Shown here in pieces: positions 26,201 to 38,200 of a stretch of 64,000 nt of DNA (positions within the stretch are counted from its first letter, which is position 1; the number at the start of each line of letters is the position of its first letter). Source of the stretch: Perna viridis (taxonomy: Eukaryota); assembly GCA_037379345.1 (NCBI GenBank), contig CM074513.1, positions 1,116,001 to 1,180,000 on the forward strand, given 5' to 3'. Made by a program: the position numbers and the translations under genes. Under the pieces are notes generated by a model, which made no database searches, had not been told where the DNA came from, and saw nothing but the letters and a program-made list of their open reading frames with translations.

Positions 26201-29200
26201 GATACCTTGGTAACTATCTTTCATAGTTTCCTTTGGAAGAAATAACGGTCTTCATAAAACATTGTCTTAAGATGCCATTTGTAGGATATGACCTTGAAAA
26301 GCCTAGGCTGTAGTGTTGTTATATGCAAAAATTGGGATCATTTGAATTCAGATTCTAGACCCATAGTCAGAGGCTTATGTTATTTATAATGATTCTGTTT
26401 TCTTTGTTAGCATTTAAAATTGTTGAAACTATGATAAATTTGGTTAAGCATTATTAAGGTTGAGAAAAAATTGTCCAGTTAACATCCCTTTAAACCGAAA
26501 TTATTTCTGGCTAAGTACATGCAAATCCAGTACCTATCATTATTTCTTTTGATATTTTTGCAGGCTGCTGCCAAGTATCTACAGTCTGAAGCAGAGAAGT
26601 GGGAAGATGATTGTAATCCTATTGTCAAGGTTGCCAAGGAGATGTCAGTACACTTAAACAATATGGCTGACTATACTAAAGGTGGAGGTCAAATCCAGGT
26701 GAGTGATGGTGGATTATGAAATTGAAAGTTTTCAAAGATGCAGCAGTCCTTTTCACAAAAAATTGTAAGTGTAAAATAAGTCATATTGTATGATGCCATA
26801 AAAGAACAAAGTACTGTGATTTCATAACTGAAAATTCATTTTACACTTATGAATTTTTGTGAAAGCGAACTACAGGTGCTTGATATATTTATGGTAAAAC
26901 TTGTTAAACAGATGGGGAAAATACCTGTTTTTCATCTTTCATTTCAAATTAAGATTTGATGTTTGGTATATCATCACATTGTACTGTTGTTGAGGAAACA
27001 AATAGTTCTAGTATAGCACTACATGTATCATCAAACTGTCTGATATCTTCAGTCTATTGCTAATGCAATAATACCAGACAATATTGCCAATTTCTAATGA
27101 CAGTGTTATAGCTATCAAATTAATTGTGACATCAGCAGTAAACAGAATATCATTAATTTTGAACCTCTTGACCAACTATCATATCGTGTTCAATCAGACT
27201 CAGAGTGATGCCTTCAGTCTCAACTTCAAAACTGACATTCTGTTATTTGGGAAAGTCACATGTATGAATAATATAACATGTCATTAGAGATTGGTAAAAC
27301 TTAAAGGTAACATAGAAATAGCCTGAGATGAAAAAAAATATCAGGTATTCATACATTTATATGTTTCAAACTGCACACAAACATTGTGTGAATTCATGTT
27401 ACTTCATTGTAGTTTTGTGAGTAACTTTATCTTAGAGTCCATGGAATATTATTCAAAAATGTGTAAGGAAAAAAAATTGCAGATTGTAAAAAATAAAAGG
27501 AGATTTGAGGAGAAATATTTTATTATGAAAGTACAAAGTCATTGATATTAATTAATCAGGTACATCTACAAATTTCTTAGCAAGCTCTGCAAAAATAAGT
27601 TTCATGGCATCGTCAGGTTCTTCTAAGGCATTTTCTTTTAATATAGTATATTGCATGTATTTTAAAACTGAAAGCAAATTTTCATGTAACTGTTGAATTG
27701 TACCTGGATCAATATTTTGTAAAAAGTTCAAGATTCCATTGTGCTCATCTACAACTGTTGTTGGTATTGAGATAGTAAATTTAGAATAATCTACTAGGGT
27801 AGGGAAAGCATACTGAAGTGACTGGTTTCCGAAAGTGACTGGTATGCATCCACTTGTTATTGAATCATAGAACGATTTTCTCGTCGGGGAATCACCAGGG
27901 GGCTGTAGACAGAACACTGAATGCTGCATCCACATCACTAAGTTTTTATCAGTTTTTCCATCACACCCTGTTACCTCAAAGAATACCATGTTGATTGGTT
28001 TATTTTGATTTTTGTATTCTTGATATGAATATTTTGTTTTGTATAAAAACTGGTCCATTATTTTACTTCTGAAATCATTCTTGTATGACATCCCTGCTGG
28101 AAGGAGTATGTAAACATCTCGTTGATTAAGATTACCAACTGGTAACCTGTTGTCAATTATATTTTCTGGTGCCAGATGTATGAATGAAGGGTATGGTATG
28201 ACAATGATTGACTGGGAAGCAGTTCTCATGTAATCATTGTAGTTTAGATTTGTCTCCCTTTCTATTGCCAGAAAAGTGATATTTTTAGTAACATTATACT
28301 GTAAATAAGGGCAAAATTCACCGCACATTTCTCTGTGAATCATGCTAATGGTTGAAAAATGAGGCTTCCCTTCTTTGAAATATTTTTGTGACTGCAAAAA
28401 GTCTGTAAGATTTAGAATCAGTTGTTCACTTAAGCTTGTAAAGTAGTATTTGTTATAAAAAATACAATGTGTGCCAACGTAAGCTGGTACATAAAATATG
28501 TCTGCTTCTTCTGGATTGAGGGTACGGAAAGTACTGTGCAACAGTTTTTTATGAATTATGACCTCCAGTGAGAATTGATCAGTGTTTCTGATGGACATTT
28601 CACCATTTTCGCCAAGTTTCATCAATTCATCACCCATTCCATTGCTTTCTAGGGAAATGCAGTTGGTGTACCCATAACGTTGTTTAGCATATTCTACAAT
28701 ATCATCATTCATTGACGACGGCAGATCATAAACAAAGATCTTGAGTTCCTTGTTTATAGCTGTGTCATCTTTGGAAGAGTTCCAAAATTGTAGTGATGTT
28801 TCCCTAAAATTATGTTTAAAAAATTCTTATTGAGTCTTAAGATAGATCATACCAAGATTTGTCTCAATTTTCTCAGGGAAGATGTTGGTTGTTTGTGGAC
28901 AAAGTACTTATCTGACAACTGTTAATATTTTTAATGACAGGTAGAAAATTAAGGGTGACATAACTTTGTTCCTAGTTCCTTAAAAAAAAAACAACTAATA
29001 TTCCATATTTAAGACAAATTATCTCCCCCTTTGAAGAGACTTTATAGAATAAAATGTATGTTATTTTTTCATTTAAAATTTGTTCTCTAAAATTCTTTCA
29101 GAATTACCAAAAAATTAAGTTTTTAAAGTATATCAAACACTGTTTGCTCATTTTAACTACATGTATTTCTATATGAATTTGCATGATGGCCATGCAAAAA

Positions 29201-32200
29201 GATGCTCTATGCAGATTTCAGATAGAGGAAAACAATTTAAAACATGCTGAAATACTTATTTTAGTTTTAAGAAGTATATAGACCATTAGATTTTAATTAA
29301 GAATATAATAATGCAAAATTCTTTTATCATTGAAGGTTGATGAACTTTTTCAAATTAATAATTCAGAAAGTTGAGGTATCTATGGAATTTTTGATTCACT
29401 TAAACATAGGGACTTAAAGTTCTTTAATGATACAACAATCAGTTTGGACGTTTTGTGGGGGTTTTGTCCAAAAGATGTTCAAAAGTGAAAATGAAAATGT
29501 ATTGGACTGATAAATATCAAAATGTATTGGACTGAGAAATATCACAATGTATTGGACTGAGAAATATCAAAATGTATTGGACTGATAAAAATTTATTAAT
29601 TCACCACTCCTCTTATGAAACTGGTAAGTAAAAAGAATTTTCAAAGAATTTTTCCCCTTTTGGAAAATGAAAAGTGGACTTTTCAGTCATTATCTATGTA
29701 CTTTCAATTAAACAGTGAAATCATACATAGGTTGTGTATGGTAATGATTTTGTAAACAGAAATTAACTCAGTAAAGTATGTTAAATATTACTTACGTAAG
29801 AACAATGAGCCCAGTGAAGCAGTAATATAGGATTCCCTTCATTATCATTTTCCTGAGGCTGTTCTGAATTAATTTATTCAGAAAACTTGACCTGCTAAAT
29901 TGTTGTTGAGTTTATTTACCAGAAAATCTTGAGTTTTAGTGATAAAAAAAATCCAACCACTTATATACTTGATCTCAACTCTAGGCCTGGTAATTATTTT
30001 TTTATATAAGTATATGAGACGATAACCTTGCAGTAGGTGTTAGCAGTAAATTGGTCGTAAAAATGTTGATGTTTTTATGAAAAGGATAAATAGTTTGCAT
30101 AAATGAATTGTAAAAAAAACAATTGTTTATTTGTCTTAAGTGTTATTGATTAAACAGCAGCTTGGGACTTAAAAGATTTTAGTGAAACTTGGTACACTTG
30201 TTAAATGAGACAGTTGGTGTTTTATGAGACTGTTATTGGTCTATCAAATAGTACTTAATGTTAGAATCGATTAACTGTAGGATAAAAACATCCACACCTA
30301 ATCTACTTCTATGGCTGTTTTACACCATTTGATTGTGAAGGTATAATGAAAAGAAGGCTAGTCATGACTGGTTATAACTGGATAGTTTAAGAATGTGGTT
30401 CAACCTCTTAGTCTCATAAAATTATATTTAATGAATTTTGTTATCCAAATTTTGGTATAAAGTCTGTCATGATTTTATTTATTGGTTATTCGCTGTTACT
30501 AAGATATAATTTAATTTCAGAAGCAGCATGCTTCCTGATTGTATAAAAAATCTGTACATCATCTTATAGACCAAATTTTGTAATGTCTCTGTGACGTCAT
30601 CTACCTTTTGATATGATTTACTTGTTGAATTTTGATACTAAAATTAAATTATAAGGAATGACTTTTGTATTTTTTTTGGTCTATTTGAAATAACCTAATT
30701 GCTTATGGTGCACACTATGCAGGTTATTTAGTGTGCACCACCTGATTGAGGTTATTTTTTTCATAGACCGAAAAAATATTTGTTTTGTAGAACCATGAGG
30801 AGTTATTGAGGATAGCCAAGGTTGTTGCTGAGAATGGAAGAAAAATGATGAAATTTGCTGAAATACTCTCACAACATTGTGTTGAAAAGAGGTATGGGCT
30901 GAAATCAAGCTAATGTTTGTTTCTATGACAACTATGTATTATGTTAGTTCTGATTATGGTTATTTGTTAAACATATTTTACTCTGGAAAAAGAAAAACAA
31001 AATATACACATGAAGTGTTCTATGATTCCACTTTCCCATCACCTGTGCCATTTTGGTATAGGAAAATTGATTATTATGACCCACTTTCCCTTCGACAAGT
31101 AGAAAGCTTGAATTTTTGAAGTTTGGGAAGCAAATTTCAAGTGTGGGAAAGTTAATCTCCGTTTAGAGTTTTCCCATGGAAACCTAGAATTTTGATAAGT
31201 TGTAGAACACTGACATGACAACAACACCTGACTGAAATGATCTGGAAACTATCATTGCTCCCTTTACAAGTCCAACTCAGGATTACTAGGGTAAAACTGC
31301 CGCCAAAAAAATGCATGTGCAACAGGTATTTCATTTGTCAAACAAACATTTTTCTTTTTCCCACACATGGGAATCATCCACAGTACATAGGCATTTACAT
31401 GTATATGTCACACATGTGAAATGCATGTGCCTTACATATGCAGATGTGTGGCATTTTTGGCAGTATATGGTTACTATTAAATGTATGTGTGTACTCCTTA
31501 TATTCTTTACAGAAGGTTTGGAATAATAGATGTTTTTCATTGTCGATTGAGATACAAATTTTCTTAAAATGTCCGTTGCAATTTGAAAATATTGATTCCT
31601 GTATGTAAACTCTGATTACCAACAATATCTTGTAAAATTGTGAAAATATATTGTTGATATAAGTACTTTCACAATATATTGTAATAAAATATTTGAGTTA
31701 ATGTTTATTTTGTAATCACAGTACAGGCAGAAACCTACCCAAGTTAAAATTATCTCCCATTTCATTGTGATTTTTATCTGTCGAGGAAATGGCTGCAATA
31801 GGCCGTTATTGGTTCTGATACGGAAAATGATCGAATTTGAACAACATTCACATGTTGATAATATATGTCTGGTGAAAAGTGCTTTCTACATGTATGGTGA
31901 ACAGGAAACGACAAGTGTAGATCGTGCCGTTTGCTTAACAGATTTGTAAAACGATGATTTCTTTGGATGGATAAGTTGTGAAAAATTCTTTTATTGGTGG
32001 TAATATGTGGTGCCCGGATGATATTTCATGGTTTAAAATTGGATCACGTGCCTTAATTGTATGGTAAGTGTTTCTAATTTCCTAGAAAGTAAAAATTGTT
32101 TTCCTCCAAAGTCGCATATAGAAGTGATCCCCTTAAACTTAAAATTTTACTTGAAGACACAACACACGTACATTATTAAGTAAACAAAAAGGGTCATAGG

Positions 32201-35200
32201 TTGTTATGTAGAACCTACATGTACTGTCCTATAGCTCCATTCTTGATTTCAATCGTCATATGGCAATCGTATCTTAAAATCATTCAAGATTAGAGTAGAA
32301 TAAGATGATAGCTAATGAAGGATTCTTACATACTCACAAGATGACAAGTTACGATTTTGCCATTATTGGAATAGGTTCTATGGAAATTTTATGCTAAGAA
32401 GCTATATATGTTATATTCCGAGCACATGACAATTAGAAAGCTAGTTAAAGTTCGTCACAAGGTTTTGTTATAGGCACCATGTTTATAATTGAAGACGGGC
32501 CAGATTGTATGGTCTTTTTGAAAAAAAAAAAGTTCCAATTTCTGTGATTTTTATCTCATCCATTCTTTGAAAAAAAATTATAATCTGACATCAAATCCAA
32601 GTACACACATCCCCCTCCTGGCCCCCCTCCCGCAGGATTAAAATGGTTGGTGTCTTTATTATTAAACTAAATATACTATTTAAAAGTTTAATTTTGAACT
32701 GGAATTTTCTTAAAGTGCATCCACATAGCACAGTCACTTCTTTCTATCAATGATTTGGCTGTATTATCCACATATACCCTGTGAAGGTTTTTTTCTCAGG
32801 GTACATGTACAAATGTACATGTGGATAGTGATAGAAACTAGTGCATGCCTTTAATTTATTCATTATTTAACAAATATGATTGGCAATTGAAAATGATTTT
32901 TTCCAGTCCCCTAGTACTTCTTAAATATTAAACAAAGTACATGTACACTGAAACAACTGACAAGTATTCAGGCTTACAAGTAGTAAATTTCTCTTTTTCC
33001 TTAATGTTACATTTATTTAATATTTTCCTTGTTTTCGGTAATAGCATTTTCGTATCTATTATCTTGGTAGCATTTTCGTATCTATTAACTTGGTAGCATT
33101 TACATGTAGCTATACTTGTACATGTATGTATTCATGACTTATACACATATATATTTATAGTAACTGTTAACTATTGTAACTAAATATACATACATGTGTA
33201 TATCATTTTCATACATTTGTAAATACAGTCACTCAGACAGTATTACTATATAATGCAGTTGTTATTTTACAGGGAAAGTACAGATAAGTGTCATAGAACA
33301 GTTTATGTTGGATTGGATCAACACGTGTTTATACCTAGATCAACAGCAATAAGAAGGAACATATTTATCAAATATGAGAAGAAGTCAAGAACTGTTTGGA
33401 ACAAAACATGTTTAAAAAACGAAATAAATTCAATATTTATTTATCACACTGTTACTAATATGATTCCTCCTATAATTCTGGTTGAGTTTCTATTCACCAA
33501 ATGAAAAATACAGAGTTATATCAAACTTGAATGTTGTGTTGGTACTTCTCTAAATTGTTCAGGTTTCTACCTTTACTGTCATATCAAAATGCTTTACATT
33601 CCTGTTGAATTTGAATTGTTTAGTATTAGGTTGCATCACACACTTTGCAAAAAGGATGAAACTTAAAGTAATTTGGATTGTGGGTATTATTATAGTATTT
33701 ATACATGTACATAGATAGATACAATAATTTTGTTGAGAAAGAGGTGTGACAGTGAGATGCATACTTTCAGCTTTAAGGAAAGATTCATGTCTACACCAGA
33801 TTAATTGATCTTAATAAAATTTTATAACAGGATAAAGAAAGGTTTGTATTGATTTTGGGGTTTTGGAGGAATGTGGTGTAGTCTTCTGACCAACCAAATT
33901 ATGTCGCTATCGGGATGTTTCTTGGTGCCGCATCCTCTACACTTTGTGCACATGTGTACTGTCACTGCCTTTTCTATTGAAAGAAAAAATAATACAGCAT
34001 AGTTTTAAATTTCGTAAACCATAGAATTAGAGACAGTGTGATTGTTACACAAACATAAGAAATTTGGGACTGAAAGCGTGAGAAAGGAATTAAGAGTAGA
34101 AGGTATGTAGTTTGCATATTTTGTCGGAGAGAAAAAATCTGCGACCGGAAATGTTTTAAATAAAAGCCATGTTCAACACTACCACAGACACCTCAAAAGC
34201 AAGAATTAATCAAATTTTAAGATTTTCACGAATAAAACTCCTAGTAAATAGAGTGAAAAGTATATTCAAATAATATTTGAGTAAATATCACTGATAGATG
34301 TATAATTGTAGTAAATCACTTTTGGTATTAAACCATAGCACTTTTTCGATATACACGTACATGTAACCTTGACCTTAATTGTTGACAAGCTTATTGACAG
34401 GATTATACAGGTAGACTTAGGTAAATGTATGTCATGTGTACATCAGCAAGCCTTCAATATCTTGACTCACTTAAATTTTTTTCCAATAATTATTACAGCT
34501 AGAAAAAATTCCAAATTTGGTATGTTGGTAGATACACGTTTGAGGGACTTGTGTATTTTTTCCTGATTTTTTTGGGGATCAAACATAAAGCGAGATCCAA
34601 TTTTGTTGAACGTATCCCCACTCAAAATCATTTCAATTAAGATCTAGGCTTTATCTTAGTATTATTTGATACTGTTTTTGTAGATAATTTAATGTTTACT
34701 AATAATGTTCCTAACTTAAAATGAAAATAATAACTTTTTTGTTTAAAAGTAACTTTTAAGGTCATTAGCAATGGCAATAAACAACAGGATTCACTTTTCC
34801 GTCTCAACTAAATGAGAGGGTGATTTCAATTTTTCTCGTCGCAGTATGTTTCTGCCAAGGGAAATCACCCAAACTGGTTTCTTAGAGTCATAAGAAACAG
34901 AATCTTACTGGCAAGCTGTTGATTATCATAGTTTTTACTGTTAAAAAAAAGATACAAAATGTATATGTTGCAATTTTCTTGCCATTGGCGAACAGTTTAA
35001 AACCTGTCCTTGGTAGAAATATTATAATGAATGGTAGAAATGTGTTAGTGCAATGCTGTCAAGGAAGCATATTTTTTATGACATTTTGTTATATTATTTA
35101 CAGGTTTGCCCAAGATTTGATGTTCTATGCCAACCAGATACCAACAGTTAGTACCCAGCTCAGTATTATTGCCAATGTACATCAAGGATCTACTGGGGAT

Positions 35201-38200
35201 GGTGATGTAAGCTATTTCTGCTTAAAATTCTTTTCAAAGATTGATGATTTTATTTGAAATGTGACATATCTTTTTATACCCCCACCACATGAAGTGGCAA
35301 GATATTATATGCTCCATAAAGTTATGTGCCCGTCCCCTGATGGTTTCCAGATGATTTAAAAAAACAAAAAAAATTTGCACAGATGTTTAGTACTTTAAAA
35401 TACAGATTAAGTTCAATTTTTAGCAAAATCCATAATGTAATTTACAAATTAGGCCATTTTGAGCATTTTGCCATCCCCCTTTTTTTCTCCATATTGTGTC
35501 AGGATATCATTTAATTTTTGATATACATAAAGAGGTTTTTTAGGCCACCTTTTGATAAATATATTTTGATGTGAAATGTTTTGCCTTCATGGAAGGCAGA
35601 TCCATGCCATTTTTCATGGTTTTCCAATGATTTTTAGAGGGTTATAGGACATTATAGGACTTAGAACCCAAAAAGGGAGTTAGTTTATTACTGGTACATG
35701 TATATACTTTAGCACTGCTGTTAATTTAAACTATAAACACCCATTGTAATTCAGTGATTTATGCCTTCTAGTTTATAGTAACTTGTATAGAATGAAGTTC
35801 AGTTAAAACTGTCTTAATGACTTGCAGCTGCTGGAAAACAGCATCTGAGTTGTTAAAATGTCAGTTTTCTGTGTTTTAATCTCACCCTTTTGTGAGGTAA
35901 GGAAATCTCACATGGCTAAAATAGGAAAACTTCATCTCTAAAGTGAGAAAATGAGCTGGTATCCTGCATTTACCTGTTAATCATATGTACTTAAAACATT
36001 CATGATATTTGGTTCATGTGATATGTTTTTAGATTTCAGCAAATATTTTTCCTGAAGTTTGTCCATTTCCTGAAAAGGTACAATGTGTGGTGCTTGAAAA
36101 TTGTTTTGCTATCTAGAGACAATTCACTACTTTTGTTTTTGACAGCTGTGTGTGAAGTATGCACATTACAAATTTATTCATGAGCACTGTCTGATTTTTA
36201 CCATATTATCTTATAAAATTTAACCTCCAGTCACATGTAAGTATCTCATCAATTGAGGCACATTTTTATTTTGTAGACAGATCTTACCCATGTAGTAGGG
36301 TGTAGACAGATCTTGTAGTAGGGTAAAGTTACCAGTATTTTATTTATTTTCCAAGCCCTAAAGTTAAAACTCTGCTCAGTTCTTGTGTTCAGTTAAATAA
36401 TAAAAAAAAATCATTTTCCAGTTTAATGATTTAAGACTTTATACCCCTACACATGAGTGGGTGGTATATTGGAAACCCTTTGTCCATTTGTCATTCTCTC
36501 TGTGCAAATTCTGTCTCAATCACCTTGGCTCCCAAGTGATGGGTTGATATTAAATTTAGTGTATTGCTTTATATAGATTGGGTATATGTTGTGAGTGATT
36601 TTTGGTACTGTTGGATATCAACTTCCTGTATGAATGGATGTGTGCCTAGTAAGCAAAAGTGTGCAACTTGATGTTTTGTTGGACTCAAACATCACAATAT
36701 TTACACTATTGTTCCAGTAAGGTGTAGATATATATTGTAATAAGATGTCATTAATAGTTTGGTAAATTCATACACTACCTGACAAATCCAGATTATTGTT
36801 TGGAATAAAAATAAAAACATCAGTAAAATATATCAAAAATTAACAATCAATAGGTAGTTGGGATTAACCAAAATATGATAACTTGTGCCAAAATTAACAG
36901 TAAATTTGATAAGTTTTGCTCTCATTAAGTCTTTTTCTTACTGTTGTTCAGTGTTTCCAAATTGGCAATTAACTAATGCTTTAGTTCTCAGTGCAACAAG
37001 CCAAGTAAATGTAACTCTTGAAAATAAAGAAAATTGGGAATGTTCTGTTAGTGGCATGTGGAACCTAAAGCTTTTTTTTAGCTAAAAGTAGTTACACAAT
37101 TGCGTGTAAATTAGTGATTAGAGAGTGTCCATATTGGTGTTCTGGTAGTTTTGTGTGTTATATGTTTTTTCCAGTGGGCCATTAAGTAGTGTTTTAGTAC
37201 CACTTTTACTCTGCATTTTACTGTTCAGAGACAAAAGCTGATGATGAAAATCTTGTATGTTCCCCCTTTTTTGTAAACCAATAATTGTGGCTAGAAGGGT
37301 TTCGATCTTGACTTCTTTCTGTATAAGAAATGGGGAAATGTTCATGATAAAATTAATTATGATGAATAACTGCAATTCGATTTTTTTGTATTTGTTTAAA
37401 ATAATTATCCTAATTTTCATGATAAACAAATAACAATAAAAATGGACCATTAATTTTTTTTTTTTTTTGCTAAGTAAGCATCTATATGAAAACTGAAAGC
37501 TTAAAAAATCATTTGTTACAATCATCAAACATGCACACTGAATATTAATATGGATTACCATTGTATTGACAAACATGGATTACCATTGTATTGACAAACA
37601 TGCACACTGAATATTAATACAGATTACCATTGTATTGACAAACATGCACAGTGAATACTAATACGGATTACCATTGTATTGACAAACATGGATTACCATT
37701 GTATTGATAAACATGCACACTGAATATTAATACGGATTACCATTGTATTGACAAACATGGATTACCATTGTATTGATAAACATGCATACTGAATATTAAT
37801 AGGGATTACCATTGTATTGACAAACATGGATTACCATTGTAGCGACAAACATGCACACTGAATATTAATATGGATTACCATTGTATTGACAAACATGCAC
37901 AGTGAATACTAATACGGATTACCATTGTATTGACAATTTCCATTATTTTTACATTACTATCCTTTATAGGTTAGTAAGATACTGACAGAGAATGCAGAAA
38001 ACCTGATGAAGATTGTGTTACAGACCATGAAGGCTGCTGAAGCTGTGTGTGTAAAGGTAGATTTTGATTAAAAACAATGTATTGTTCTAATCTATGAATA
38101 TTTTGTCAATCACAACTCCAATTTACAAGTGGAGGTTTAATATAGTGTTGAAATGTTGGTGGAGATCAAACATTAAGCAATGAAAAGTTAATTTAAAATC

